Assembly (NCBI GenBank): GCA_963696385.1 | Contig: CAVOKF010000007.1 | Coordinates: 864,001 to 928,000, forward strand | Source of the DNA: an uncultured delta proteobacterium | Lineage (GTDB): Bacteria > Myxococcota_A > Polyangia > Polyangiales > Polyangiaceae | Reading direction: 5' to 3' | Length of the DNA: 64,000 nt | Part shown: positions 30,664-41,332 of the stretch, piece by piece | Layout: every line of letters starts with the position of its first letter | How positions within the stretch are numbered: position 1 is the first letter of the stretch | Position numbers and translations under genes: made by a program | Notes under the pieces: generated by a model | The model's input: only the letters and a program-made list of their open reading frames with translations | What the model was told of the DNA's origin: nothing | Databases searched by the model: none

Positions 30664-33600
30664 TTGAGCATACGCGTCGCCGTTCACCATCAAACACGAT
30701 ACCGCTTCGATCGTCCGGTCGACTTTTCGCCCCACGTCGTGCGTTTGCGGCCCGCCCCGCACTGCCGAACCCCGATCGTGGCGTACTCACTTCGGATCGA
30801 GCCGGCCGAGCATTTCATCAACTGGCAACAGGACCCGTTCGGAAACTATCAGGCACGGATCGTAATCCCGAAGCCGGCGGCCGAGTTGCTCGTGGAGGTC
30901 GACCTGGTCGCCGATCTGACGGTGATCAATCCGTTCGATTTCTTTCTCGACGACGACGCCCAGCACTTTCCCCTGACGTACGCCCCGGCGTTGAGGCGAG
31001 ATCTGATCCCGTATCTGCAAACGGGAGCATTCGGCGCCCACTTCGCCGACTTCGTCGAGCGGGCCCGATCCCGAATGGCCGTGCCCGGTCAAAGGCTCAT
31101 CGATCTCCTGGTCGACTTGAACCGCCACGTGCACTCGACCCTTCGCTACGACGTGCGGATGGAGCCGGGCGTTTTCGCGCCCGAGGAGACCCTCGAACGA
31201 GGCCACGGATCGTGCCGCGATTTTGCGTGGCTGTTGGTGCAAACGCTTCGCCATCTTGGCCTGGCGGCGCGGTTCGCATCCGGCTACTCCATTCAGTTGA
31301 AGGCCGACGAGAAGCCTCTGCGCGGACCCGCTGGCGTGGCGCACGACGCGGTCGACTTGCACGCCTGGGCGGAGGTGTTCTTGCCGGGAGCCGGCTGGGT
31401 GGGGTTGGACGCCACCAGCGGCTTGCTCGCGAGCGAGGGTCACATTCCGCTCGCATGCACGCCGGATCCGGAGACGGCTGCGGCCGTGACCGGGACGTTC
31501 TCGTGGCGCAAGCGAAGCGAGCACGACCGCATCGAAGAGACGCTTGCGTTCGAGATGGACGTGCGCCGCGCGTACGAAGCGCCGCGCGTCACGCTGCCCT
31601 ACAGCGAGCAAGCCTGGGCCGAGATCGACGCGCTCGGGGCTGAGGTCGATCGGGTACTCGCCGCGAACGACGTACGACTCACCATGGGGGGGGAACCGAC
31701 GTTCGTGGCGAACGACGACCCCGAGGCGGCCGAGTGGACGATCGCAGCCTTGGGTCCCACCAAGCGGCGCTACGCGAGCGCGCTCACCCATCGACTCTAC
31801 GAGCGATTCACGCGCCACGGTCTCATTCACGAAGGCCAGGGAAAGTGGTATCCGGGGGAACCGCTGCCGCGGTGGGCGCTTTCTTGCTATTTTCGAAAGG
31901 ATGGTTTGCCCATCTGGCAAAATCCGGAATTGTTCGCCCGGGCCGCTACCGGGGATGCGACGGCCGCCGATGCGATGGCCTTCGTTGGGCTCGTTGCGGA
32001 GATCCTCGGCGTGGACAAGCGCTTCGCCCTGCCCGCGTACGAAGACGCCTGGTACTACCTTTGGCGGGAGCGGCGGCTGCCGGTCAACGCCGACCCCCAC
32101 GACTCGCGGCTCGAAGACGAAGGCGAGCGAGCGCGTCTCGCTCGCGTGTTCGAACAGGGCCTCAAGGCGATCGTGGGCTATGCGCTGCCGCTGAGAGAGC
32201 TCGGGACCGCGGCCGACCCGGACAAAGGACCCGCTTGGCAGAGCGGCGCCTGGTTTCTGCGCCGAGAGCGAATGGTTCTTCTACCCGGCGATTCGCCGAT
32301 GGGCTACCGGCTCCCGCTCGACTCGCTGCCCTGGGTCGCCGCCGGCGACTATCCGCACTTGATCTTGCCGGACCCTTCGGCCGAGACCAAGCGGTTGCCG
32401 CCTCGCGAGCGCTTCGCGACGGTGACCAGGGGGCAATCGGTGCGAGCGAGCCCGACCCCCGAGTCGTCCACGCCCCCGGAGCGCTTCCAATCGGACCCAC
32501 GTGTCGTGCGCACCGCCCTGTGCATCGAGCCACGAAACGGCGTCATGCACGTTTTCATGCCGCCGCTCGAGACCGTGGAGGCGTACCTGTCGCTCTGCGC
32601 TGCGGTCGAATCGGCCGCGCAAACGGTGGGCCGCGCCGTCCGCATCGAGGGCTATCACCCTCCGTCCGATCCGCGGATCGGTCGGCTCCAAGTCACGCCG
32701 GATCCCGGCGTGATCGAAGTGAACATTCATCCGTCGGCCAACTGGCAAGAGCTCGTGCACAACACGACGACTCTCTACGAGGAAGCCCACAAGACCGAGT
32801 TGCGGGCGGAGAAGTTCATGATGGACGGCCGCCATTGCGGCACCGGGGGCGGCAATCACGTCGTGCTCGGAGGTCCGACGACGACCGACAGCCCCGTCCT
32901 GCGACGTCCGCACCTTCTGAAGAGCCTCGTCCATTACTGGCTCAATCATCCGTCGCTTTCGTACCTGTTCTCGGGATTGTTCATCGGCCCGACCAGCCAA
33001 GCGCCGCGGGTCGACGAAGCCCGAAACGACGCTCTGTACGAGCTTGAGATTGCCTTCCAACAGCTCGCCGCGAACGCCCACCCACCCGGACAGGTCCCCC
33101 CGTGGTTTGTCGACCGAACGCTACGCAACCTGCTGGTCGACGTCACCGGAAATACCCATCGCGCGGAGTTCTGCATCGACAAGCTGTTCAGCCCCGAGGG
33201 AATCGCAGGGCGTCACGGCTTGGTCGAGCTCCGCTCGTTCGAAATGCCGCCGCATCCTCGCATGAGCCTCACCCAGCAGCTGCTCGTGCGGGCTCTGGTC
33301 GCGTCGTTCTGGACGCAGCCGTACGACACACCACTCATCCGATGGGGAACCGAACTCCACGATCGCTTCATGCTGCCGCACTTCGTGCAGGACGATTTCG
33401 AAGACGTGCTCGTCGACCTCAGACGGGCCGGATTCGACTTCGATCCCGCCTGGTTCCGTCCCCATCACGAATTCCGCTTTCCGCTGCTCGGCCGCGTCGA
33501 GGGCAGAACGGGGATCGTCCTCGAGCTCCGGCAGGCGATCGAGCCGTGGCACGTATTGGGGGAGGAAAGCACCGCCGGCGTGACATCGCGCTCCGTCGAC

Positions 33601-34044
33601 TCGTCGGTCGAGCGGCTCGAGGTGAAGGCGAGCGGCATCGTCGACGGCCGCCACGTGATTGCGTGCAACGGGCGGCGGGTCCCCTTGCGTCCGACCGGAA
33701 CGAACGGCGAAATGGTCGGCGGGGTTCGGTATCGGGCCTGGCGGCCGCCCGCCGCTCTGCATCCGGGGATCGGCGTTCATTCGCCGCTCGTCGTGGACGT
33801 CATCGACGGTTGGAACGAACACGCCATCCTCGGGTGCCAATACCATGTGACCCATCCCGGCGGCCTGTCGGTCTCGCAGTTCCCGCGAAACAGCTTCGAG
33901 GCGGAGACCCGGCGGGCGGCTCGCTTTTGGGCATTCGGCCATACGCCCGGCCATCGTCGTCCGCCCCGCGAAGAGCCCAATCCGGAATTCCCGTTCACGC
34001 TGGATCTACGACGATCGGCTCCAGACCGGACCGAGGTCGAATGA
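30664..34044 (+). CDS. Transglutaminase-like plus DUF2126 (putative amidoligase) fusion protein
   Basis: GSCRDFAWLL, DLHAWAEVFLPGAGWVGLD (Cys-His-Asp), LTMGGEPTFV, VTPDPGVIEVN, GTGGGNH; TTG start. Confidence 0.9.
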   Translation: MSIRVAVHHQTRYRFDRPVDFSPHVVRLRPAPHCRTPIVAYSLRIEPAEHFINWQQDPFGNYQARIVIPKPAAELLVEVDLVADLTVINPFDFFLDDDAQHFPLTYAPALRRDLIPYLQTGAFGAHFADFVERARSRMAVPGQRLIDLLVDLNRHVHSTLRYDVRMEPGVFAPEETLERGHGSCRDFAWLLVQTLRHLGLAARFASGYSIQLKADEKPLRGPAGVAHDAVDLHAWAEVFLPGAGWVGLDATSGLLASEGHIPLACTPDPETAAAVTGTFSWRKRSEHDRIEETLAFEMDVRRAYEAPRVTLPYSEQAWAEIDALGAEVDRVLAANDVRLTMGGEPTFVANDDPEAAEWTIAALGPTKRRYASALTHRLYERFTRHGLIHEGQGKWYPGEPLPRWALSCYFRKDGLPIWQNPELFARAATGDATAADAMAFVGLVAEILGVDKRFALPAYEDAWYYLWRERRLPVNADPHDSRLEDEGERARLARVFEQGLKAIVGYALPLRELGTAADPDKGPAWQSGAWFLRRERMVLLPGDSPMGYRLPLDSLPWVAAGDYPHLILPDPSAETKRLPPRERFATVTRGQSVRASPTPESSTPPERFQSDPRVVRTALCIEPRNGVMHVFMPPLETVEAYLSLCAAVESAAQTVGRAVRIEGYHPPSDPRIGRLQVTPDPGVIEVNIHPSANWQELVHNTTTLYEEAHKTELRAEKFMMDGRHCGTGGGNHVVLGGPTTTDSPVLRRPHLLKSLVHYWLNHPSLSYLFSGLFIGPTSQAPRVDEARNDALYELEIAFQQLAANAHPPGQVPPWFVDRTLRNLLVDVTGNTHRAEFCIDKLFSPEGIAGRHGLVELRSFEMPPHPRMSLTQQLLVRALVASFWTQPYDTPLIRWGTELHDRFMLPHFVQDDFEDVLVDLRRAGFDFDPAWFRPHHEFRFPLLGRVEGRTGIVLELRQAIEPWHVLGEESTAGVTSRSVDSSVERLEVKASGIVDGRHVIACNGRRVPLRPTGTNGEMVGGVRYRAWRPPAALHPGIGVHSPLVVDVIDGWNEHAILGCQYHVTHPGGLSVSQFPRNSFEAETRRAARFWAFGHTPGHRRPPREEPNPEFPFTLDLRRSAPDRTEVE

Positions 34045-34259
34045 TTCCAGACCGCGCGCGAACGCGCGAGGGACGAGCCGCCGATCGCGCGCTGAAAAAC
34101 GCCGACGTCGGAGCCACGCGTCGCCACGGCGGCCCGGCCGTGGCGCGGGCGCGTGCGGACGAGCGCCTCGGAGACTCAGCCCGAAACGCCGGTGGCAGAG
34201 GTGCCGGCCGCTGACTAGATTGGCTGGAGCGTCCGGGCGCGCGGAGCGCACGGACCCCG

Positions 34260-36329
34260 ATGACCGATCTGCGGCCCATGGAGAACCCTCTCGTCGTCCA
34301 GAAGGCGGACGATCTGCCCGACTTCGATCGAATCCGTCCGGATCACGCGGAGCCGGCGGTCGACCTCGTCCTGTCGGAGAACCGGTCCCGCTTGCGTTCC
34401 GTTCTCGACGACGTCAGCCGGCCGGACGAGCCCGTAACCTGGGAGCGGCTGATCGATCCGCTCGACGACATGAGCGAGCGCCTGGCGCGCGCGTGGGGGC
34501 CCGTCTCGCACCTGTTTGCCGTCACCAGCACCGCCGAGTGGCGCGCTGCGTACAACGCCTGTCTGCCGAAGGTCACCGGCTACCACCTCGAATTGTCGCA
34601 GAACGAGGTCCTTTATCGGGCGTACGAACGCCTATCGAAAGCCGAGAGCGGTCCAGAGCTTTCGGGGGTGCGCCGAAAGGTCGTCCACGACGCCCTGCGC
34701 GACTTCACCCTCTCAGGGGTCGCGCTCCCCGAGGATCGACGCAAGCGGTTTCGCGATGTGGCTTTGCGCCTGTCCCAACTGCAATCCAAGTTCCAGGAAA
34801 ATGTGCTGGACTCCGCTCAGGCTTGGAATAAGCACATCACGGACGAGTCGGCGCTTTGTGGCATGACCGCGCAAGGCAAGGCCCTCGCTCGATCGCGCGC
34901 GGCCGCCAAGGGCCTCGAAGGTTTCCGCCTGACTCTCGATTTCCCGACGTACGACGCGGTCGTCAGTTACGCCGACGATCGCGACCTGCGCCGGGAACTC
35001 TACGAAGCGTACTGCACACGCGCGTCGGATGCAGGCCCGCTAGCAGGCCAATTCGACAACAGCGCTCTCATGGAGGAGATCCTCGCGCTCCGCCACGAGC
35101 AAGCGCTCATCCTGGGGTTTTCGAATTACGCCGCAATGTCGCTCGCGACGAAGATGGCCGACTCGCCGGAGGAGGTCGAGCGATTCCTACTGGACCTCGG
35201 CCGGCGCGCTCGCGGGCGGGCTCAGGCCGAGCTCGACGAGCTGGCGGCGTTTGCGCAGCAGCGAGGGGGGCCTTCGGACTTCCAGCCCTGGGACGTGCCG
35301 TACTACACGGAGAAATTGAAGGAGCAGAAGCTCGGTTTTTCCGATGAGGCGATCCGCCCTTATTTTCAAGCACCGACGGTCCTTCGGGGCATGTTCGAGC
35401 TCGTGCAACGCCTCTACGGTATCCGCATCGAGCCGATCGGCGGCATCGCCACCTGGCATCCGGACGTCACGACGTACGCGGTCCTCGACGACAACGGGCG
35501 TCGAATTGGCGCCTTCTACCTGGACCCTTATGCGCGCGACGACAAGCGCGGCGGCGCGTGGATGGATGAGTGCGTCGGGCGGCGCCGGCTCCCAACGGCC
35601 GTCCAGGCGCCCGTGGCCTACCTTACATGCAACTTCGCACCGCCTCTCGCCGGCGAGCCGGCGCTTTTGACTCATGAGGAAGTCGTCACGCTGTTCCACG
35701 AGTTCGGTCATGGGCTGCATCACCTGCTTACGCGCGTCGACGAGCCTGCCGTGTCGGGCATCCGCGGAGTCGAGTGGGACGCCGTGGAGCTGCCGAGCCA
35801 GTTCATGGAAAACTGGTGTTACGATCGCGTCGCGCTGAGCGGGTTTGCTCGCCACTGGCAAACGGGGGAAAAATTGCCGGAATCGTTACTGGAAAAGCTG
35901 AGGGCAAGCCGTACCTTTCATGCCGCCCTCGCGACGATGCGACAGCTCGAGTTCGGCTTGTTCGACCTGCGAGTGCACCGCGATTACGACCCGGCGGCCG
36001 GCGGCCGGATCCTGCAAGTGCTCGGGCAAGTGCGGAGCGAAATCAGCGTTTTGCAACCACCCGCGTGGAATCGAATGCCGAACAGCTTCTCTCACGTGTT
36101 TGCAGGCGGATATGCGGCCGGGTACTATAGCTATAAGTGGGCCGAGGTGTTGAGTGCGGACGCCTTCGCCGCCTTCGAAGAAAGTGGCTTTTCACCGGAC
36201 ACCGGCCTGCGATTTCGCGACACGATCCTGGCCCAGGGAGGGTCCCGCGAGATGATGGATCTGTTCGTCGAATTCCGGGGCCGAAGGCCGAGTCTGGAGC
36301 CTCTTCTCCGGTTGAGCGGGCTCGCGTGA
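34260..36329 (+). CDS. prlC: Oligopeptidase A (M3 family)
   Basis: FHEFGHGLHH, WDAVELPSQFMENW, FSHVFAGGYAAGYYSYKWAEVL. Confidence 0.95.
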   Translation: MTDLRPMENPLVVQKADDLPDFDRIRPDHAEPAVDLVLSENRSRLRSVLDDVSRPDEPVTWERLIDPLDDMSERLARAWGPVSHLFAVTSTAEWRAAYNACLPKVTGYHLELSQNEVLYRAYERLSKAESGPELSGVRRKVVHDALRDFTLSGVALPEDRRKRFRDVALRLSQLQSKFQENVLDSAQAWNKHITDESALCGMTAQGKALARSRAAAKGLEGFRLTLDFPTYDAVVSYADDRDLRRELYEAYCTRASDAGPLAGQFDNSALMEEILALRHEQALILGFSNYAAMSLATKMADSPEEVERFLLDLGRRARGRAQAELDELAAFAQQRGGPSDFQPWDVPYYTEKLKEQKLGFSDEAIRPYFQAPTVLRGMFELVQRLYGIRIEPIGGIATWHPDVTTYAVLDDNGRRIGAFYLDPYARDDKRGGAWMDECVGRRRLPTAVQAPVAYLTCNFAPPLAGEPALLTHEEVVTLFHEFGHGLHHLLTRVDEPAVSGIRGVEWDAVELPSQFMENWCYDRVALSGFARHWQTGEKLPESLLEKLRASRTFHAALATMRQLEFGLFDLRVHRDYDPAAGGRILQVLGQVRSEISVLQPPAWNRMPNSFSHVFAGGYAAGYYSYKWAEVLSADAFAAFEESGFSPDTGLRFRDTILAQGGSREMMDLFVEFRGRRPSLEPLLRLSGLA

Positions 36330-36383
36330 GTCGCGATGGCTTGACTGGACGAATTAAAGCGTCAAGGATGGGTAATCGTAGTT

Positions 36384-37025
36384 ATGCGCGAACATGCCGT
36401 ATCTGAAGGGCGTGAGTTGGCGTCCGCCGTGGAGCAGCTCGCCGACCGATTCGCAGCGAAGTGGACCGGATCGGTTCACGATCGCCAAGTGCGCGAGCTC
36501 ACCCACGAATTCTTATTCGATGTGGTCGACACGTTGCGCAGAGCCTCGATCGTCGAGATCGCCGAGGCGCTGGCGGCGCTCGAGCGAGACAAAGCCCGCA
36601 TCTCCGCGGCCGCACGCCGGCCCCTCGAAAGGGTTCGCGACCGCGATCGGGCGGATGAACGGACCAAACGAACCGGTGCGGTGGCCGAGGAGCCCGAGTT
36701 GGCGCCGCTATCGCCGGACGCATCGCGCAAGAGTCGAGACCCGTTCGACATCACGAAACCGGGCGAACTTTTGGAGCCGACGTCCGTCGAGACCCGCCGC
36801 GACGACGATTTGCCGCCCTCGTCCGAGCGACGCGCCTCCGCGTCTCGTGCCGAGTCGACGACCGGCGTCGTCGGCATGCAGACGACGAGGCGCCCGGCGG
36901 CGACTCCGCAACGGACCGTCGAAGCCGTTCGCCCGCAGCCTCCGGCGGTGACGCTTCGCGAGGGTGAGCAACTTCTGAGGACAGGCGGATCGGGCGTCGT
37001 CATCCGGCGCGCGCGCATCGCGTAG
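36384..37025 (+). CDS. Hypothetical protein (helical N-terminus, disordered middle, short C-terminal beta motif)
   Basis: Fills the gap with a plausible start; C-terminal TLREGEQLLRTGGSGVVIRR. Confidence 0.65.
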   Translation: MREHAVSEGRELASAVEQLADRFAAKWTGSVHDRQVRELTHEFLFDVVDTLRRASIVEIAEALAALERDKARISAAARRPLERVRDRDRADERTKRTGAVAEEPELAPLSPDASRKSRDPFDITKPGELLEPTSVETRRDDDLPPSSERRASASRAESTTGVVGMQTTRRPAATPQRTVEAVRPQPPAVTLREGEQLLRTGGSGVVIRRARIA

Positions 37026-37107
37026 CTCGCACGAATCGCCCAGGATCGGTCCCGGCAGCCTCGACGTTTCCGGTCCGTCGCCGGGATCACGCGCGATGGC
37101 CCTGCTT

Positions 37108-37830
37108 TCAATAGCTGACCGCCAACGCAAAACGGAGGAATGCGCCGCGCAGGCCCAGCGACCCGAGGTCCACGGCGGCGGCCGTTTGTCCATCGTTGGA
37201 CGTCGGCGTGAGCGCCAGCCGGTTGTCGACGACCCACGAATACCCCGCATCGCCCTGGAGCCAGATTCGCACGGCTCGCCCGGGGTGCTCGGGTAGCGGC
37301 AGCACGGGGACCGCATAGCCCGCGCTCGCGTCGGTCGTGAACAGCCAGATCGACTTCGTCAGCGCCGAAGGCGCGGACGGGTCGTCCACTTCGGAGCGCT
37401 CCCCTGCGATGCCGGGGGCGACGCGCACGAACACGTATCCAAAGGGTCCAAAGTGCGCACGCCCCTCGAGCGGCACCGTGAGTCGGTTCACCTTGAGAGA
37501 CGTCGAATCGCCGCGCGCGGTAGCCTCGGCGGCGCCGTAGTCCCAGGAGACGCCCGGCGCGAAAGCGAAGCGCCCGTGCGTGTAGACGGTGCGCGAAAGG
37601 GTGAGCGAAGCGCCCGAAAAATAGTCGTCCGTCGAAAACGGGTTGTACCCGGCGTTGGTGACGAACACGCCGCGGTACCCGACCTCGAAACGGGCGACCT
37701 CCTCTCGCCAATCGCCCGCGCGAGTCGACGGACTCCAACCGGCTTCCGGCTCGGACTGAGCGCGAGCCGCCGGACCCCCCAGGACGACGACGACGGCCAT
37801 CGCGGCGGGGATTGCTGCGTACGCTTTCAC
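37108..37830 (-). CDS. Outer-membrane beta-barrel protein
   Basis: Signal peptide ending ARA-Q; amphipathic strands; C-terminal LRFALAVSY with terminal aromatic residue; start overlaps the upstream stop. Confidence 0.75.
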   Translation of the reverse strand: MKAYAAIPAAMAVVVVLGGPAARAQSEPEAGWSPSTRAGDWREEVARFEVGYRGVFVTNAGYNPFSTDDYFSGASLTLSRTVYTHGRFAFAPGVSWDYGAAEATARGDSTSLKVNRLTVPLEGRAHFGPFGYVFVRVAPGIAGERSEVDDPSAPSALTKSIWLFTTDASAGYAVPVLPLPEHPGRAVRIWLQGDAGYSWVVDNRLALTPTSNDGQTAAAVDLGSLGLRGAFLRFALAVSY

Positions 37831-39503
37831 GGGGCCTCCAGCAGCAGCGACGACGTGCGGCGCGACGGCGTCGTGTTCGGGGTTAGTGCATTGAAGACCG
37901 TCGCGCCCACGGTTCCCTCGAGATGCAGGGCGACCAGCGCTCTCGCCGGACCCGCACCGGCAACGGCGATGTCGTATGCGGCGTCAATCGGTGCCGTGTC
38001 GTTGAGCGGTATCGGGTTCAGGGAGTTGAAGTCGATCATCTCGAGCTCGGTCCCACCCGGCACGAAGGCCCATACGCGACCGCCGTCCGGCGCGATGGAC
38101 AGCGTTAGCGTCGGATCCGTCATCGTCGTCAGGGGGGCGACTTCATCCGATTGGAGATTGAGGACGAAAAATCCACTGCCGTTCGACGGCTCGAGCACCA
38201 TCAAGCTCGACGACTCGGGTACGTCGCTGACCCTCTGGATCGGGACGGACACGCCGGGTACGTCGATGCTGAAATAGGACTGCGTCAACGCCTGTCCGAG
38301 AGTCCACAACGCGACCCCGGTCGTGTTGCCGCCGTTCCAAAGCAGCGCGACGTCCGACGACGACGCCCCTGCCGCGGCCGCGGGTGTGACGAGGGACAAG
38401 GTCGAGTAGGGTTGCGGCAGGCTCACGGTGGGCGGAATGACCCCACTACCGGCCGGGGAGGGGTCGACGAGGAGCGCGGCCGTCAACTGGGGGATGAGGA
38501 CCGCGAGACGCAGCGAGCCGTTCGCGTGCACGAACGCCATGTCCGACACGATGCCGCCCACGGGGGTTTGACTGACGACCGGGCTGAAATCGTTTTTGTC
38601 CGTTGGGCTCGGCGGACCGAACGAGACGATGTAGACGTTCGTATCGTTCGACGTGCGAACGGCGAGAACCGCGTCGCCCATATCCGTCGAATCGAACCCG
38701 TCGACGGCGACGCCTGCCGGCGTCGTCGATTGCGCGCTGGCTTCGGGCGTCAGAGGAATGGTGAACTCCGGGGGCGGGTCGGGATCGAACGCGTGGTCGA
38801 GATCGAGCAGGCTCACGTCAATCTGGGTCTGGATCACGAGCAGTCGTCGATCCCCGTTCACGCTGCCGCCGGGCACGGCCGGGCCCAACGCCGGATCGAC
38901 GAGCAGCGGAGGGGTGAAGGTAAGTTGCTGCGGGGTTCCCCCGAAGCTTTGCAGCGTGTGCGTGATCGGATTGGGTTTGGCCGTCGTCGCGCTCGCCGGC
39001 GGCGACGTGAGGTCGAAGATGACGAGCTCGTTCTGGTTCTGGACGAGCCCCCCCGTCTGTGCGTACGCCACGGCCCAATGCCCCAATGGATCGACGGCGA
39101 GATTCCCGTAGGGCTGCGACATCGGATACTGCTGAGCGGTGACTTTGGACGTCGTCGGATTGACTTGAATCGTCGTCAGCGACGGGCCTTCTTGCGCGTT
39201 CGTCGGATTCGTGTCGCCCGCCGACAGGACGAACAGGGTCGACCCGTCGGCGGACGTCTTGGTCGTCGCGACGCTGGGCCCGATGGGGTAAGAACTTGGC
39301 GTGAGGTTCAAGTCCGCGTCCGCCGTGAGAACGACGACGCGGTGATCCGTGTCGTCGACGAGCGCGACGCCGCTCGGAAGACCCACGGTCGTCGTGACAT
39401 TGACCGGAGAGTTCCAATACGACGGACGCGATCCGCACCCGGCGATCACGCACAAGGCGGCGAACGCGGGAAGCGCCGACCGCAACCCCGAGGCCGCGCT
39501 CAT
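37827..39503 (-). CDS. Beta-propeller-like lipoprotein
   Basis: Lipobox IAGC; blade-like motifs SADGSTLFVL, DPLGHWAVAY, APDGGRVWAF. Confidence 0.75.
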   Translation of the reverse strand: MSAASGLRSALPAFAALCVIAGCGSRPSYWNSPVNVTTTVGLPSGVALVDDTDHRVVVLTADADLNLTPSSYPIGPSVATTKTSADGSTLFVLSAGDTNPTNAQEGPSLTTIQVNPTTSKVTAQQYPMSQPYGNLAVDPLGHWAVAYAQTGGLVQNQNELVIFDLTSPPASATTAKPNPITHTLQSFGGTPQQLTFTPPLLVDPALGPAVPGGSVNGDRRLLVIQTQIDVSLLDLDHAFDPDPPPEFTIPLTPEASAQSTTPAGVAVDGFDSTDMGDAVLAVRTSNDTNVYIVSFGPPSPTDKNDFSPVVSQTPVGGIVSDMAFVHANGSLRLAVLIPQLTAALLVDPSPAGSGVIPPTVSLPQPYSTLSLVTPAAAAGASSSDVALLWNGGNTTGVALWTLGQALTQSYFSIDVPGVSVPIQRVSDVPESSSLMVLEPSNGSGFFVLNLQSDEVAPLTTMTDPTLTLSIAPDGGRVWAFVPGGTELEMIDFNSLNPIPLNDTAPIDAAYDIAVAGAGPARALVALHLEGTVGATVFNALTPNTTPSRRTSSLLLEAP

Positions 39504-41332
39504 GGGTCGGTCCCTTCGACGGCTTCGACGATGCCGGCGTTGAGATCGAACCCCGTGATCGTGCGCAATCCCCCGTCGTCGTCGGGGCTCAGGTCGATGA
39601 ACGTGATTCTTCCCTCCGAGTAGCTCTGGGCGACGTAGCCGGTCGCGCCAGCGTCGCTCGAGGCGCCAGCGTCGCTCGAGGCGCCAGCGTCGCTCGAGGC
39701 GCCAGCGTCGCTCGACGCGCCGAGCACGATCCCGACCGCGATCGGCGGACTTGCCAGCGGGTACTCCGTGCTCACGAGCGAGGGCATCGCGGCCATGTAC
39801 ACGGCATAGGTGGCGGTCGTGTCGTCGCTGATGGTGACGAGCGCGCGATCGTCGGTCAGTGCGACGGCGGTCGGTGCCGCGGACAAGGGAACGAGGACCG
39901 CGGGCAGGTCGCTCGCGATCGGCACGACGCTGAAGGCGCCCTTGTCCGTCGAGCCGGCGGGTAGCTGGTGCAGAACGACGGCATTCTGGGCGTCGCTGGT
40001 GGGGAATACGGCCAGCACCGGCGCGTGCAGCGGGATCGTGCGGTAGGTGGGCGTCGGTTGGAACGTCAGGACCGTCAGCTGGTCGACCGGAGCGGCGGTC
40101 GTGAAAAGAAGCGCGGTGTCACCCTGACTGGTTACGACAGCGCGTCCGATCGTCTGCCCCTCGATCGTCGTCGTCGTGAACGACGTCGGGTCGCTCACGA
40201 TACCGGGAATGGGAAGGACCACGACCGTGGCCGTGTCGCGGAGCACCGCGACGGCAAAAGTCCCCGTCGGGGACATCGTGAGGTCGGTCGGAAAGTCCGG
40301 GAGCGAGACCGCGGTCGTCTTGCCGTCGGCCATGGATATGACCGCAATCGATTGCACGCCGTCTTGCCGCACGAGAGCGTAGCTCGCGTCCGGCGTAAAC
40401 GAGACATCCGGGCTGCCCGAGGCGGTCATGGCCGTCGCGTCGATGGGTGCGGTGAGACTGCCGTCGAGGCCCGCATCCTCCACCGATTCGGAGTCCGGGG
40501 AAGCGTCCGGCAATCCGCTCGCGGTCGCCCCGAGGGGATAATTGGCTGTCGCGGAACCAGCCACCAAATCGATCACCGAGATGCCGTCGCTCGTAACGGC
40601 GTACGCGTGGGTTTCGTCGCCCGAAAACACCATCTGGACCGGCAGAAACCCGACGGAAAGGAGCTTCGGCGCAAGGGCTCCGGTGACGTCCAGGACCTCG
40701 ATGGATTGGTAGCCCTGTTCGGGGTCCGGGTTCGACACCAGAGTCGTATTGGTCCAGGCGATGGCCCAACGACCCCTCGACGAGACTGCCCATGCGTTCG
40801 CATACGGCGTTGCGGGCAGGCTCGTCATCGTGAGTTGCCCGTCGATGTCGGGGCCACTCGCGGGCGGAACGAGCGAAAAGAGTGTGGCGTCCTGAGACAC
40901 GACGTTCAACACGATCGCCAGGTCGTGGGGCGGGTTGTCCGCGGGGTTGGGATCGGGGACCGCGGCGAGAACCGTGGGCCCGTCGCCCGCGGGCGCAGTC
41001 TTCACTTCGAAGTTTTTCGCGTCGATGTAGGCGACGCGCCCGCTCGTGGGGTTTGCGATCCACACGACATTTCCCGTGGCCACCGGCGATTGGTATTCGC
41101 TCTCGACCTTCATTTCGGGTGGCAATGCAACGGCGGCGGCGCCGCTCCCCGAGCCAGCCGACGACCCCGAACCGGTGTTGCCCGAAACCGCCGGGCCGGC
41201 TCCGCCAGCGCCTGTGTTGCTGTTGTTGCCCTCTCCCTCAAGCGTCGCCGCGGTGGAGGAGCCGGCGGAGCAGCCGCCCGCAACGATTGCGATGGCAGCG
41301 GCAACGATCGCTTCGCGTGAACACCCCTTCAT
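39500..41332 (-). CDS. Beta-propeller-like (YncE/YVTN-type) lipoprotein
   Basis: MKGCSREAIVAAAIAIVAGGC lipobox after GGAGGG; VWIANPTSGRVAYID, FSGDETHAYAV, FTPDASYALV, MSPTGTFAVAV. Confidence 0.78.
   Translation of the reverse strand: MKGCSREAIVAAAIAIVAGGCSAGSSTAATLEGEGNNSNTGAGGAGPAVSGNTGSGSSAGSGSGAAAVALPPEMKVESEYQSPVATGNVVWIANPTSGRVAYIDAKNFEVKTAPAGDGPTVLAAVPDPNPADNPPHDLAIVLNVVSQDATLFSLVPPASGPDIDGQLTMTSLPATPYANAWAVSSRGRWAIAWTNTTLVSNPDPEQGYQSIEVLDVTGALAPKLLSVGFLPVQMVFSGDETHAYAVTSDGISVIDLVAGSATANYPLGATASGLPDASPDSESVEDAGLDGSLTAPIDATAMTASGSPDVSFTPDASYALVRQDGVQSIAVISMADGKTTAVSLPDFPTDLTMSPTGTFAVAVLRDTATVVVLPIPGIVSDPTSFTTTTIEGQTIGRAVVTSQGDTALLFTTAAPVDQLTVLTFQPTPTYRTIPLHAPVLAVFPTSDAQNAVVLHQLPAGSTDKGAFSVVPIASDLPAVLVPLSAAPTAVALTDDRALVTISDDTTATYAVYMAAMPSLVSTEYPLASPPIAVGIVLGASSDAGASSDAGASSDAGASSDAGATGYVAQSYSEGRITFIDLSPDDDGGLRTITGFDLNAGIVEAVEGTDP
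39645..39716 (-). repeat. 18-bp coding tandem repeat x4 encoding SSDAGA
   Basis: gcgccagcgtcgctcgag x4 on the + strand. Confidence 0.95.

Noticed and set aside
34041..34214. ATG overlapping the transglutaminase stop as the start of an ATP-grasp partner gene
   Set aside because: Only 57 low-complexity codons with no recognisable similarity.
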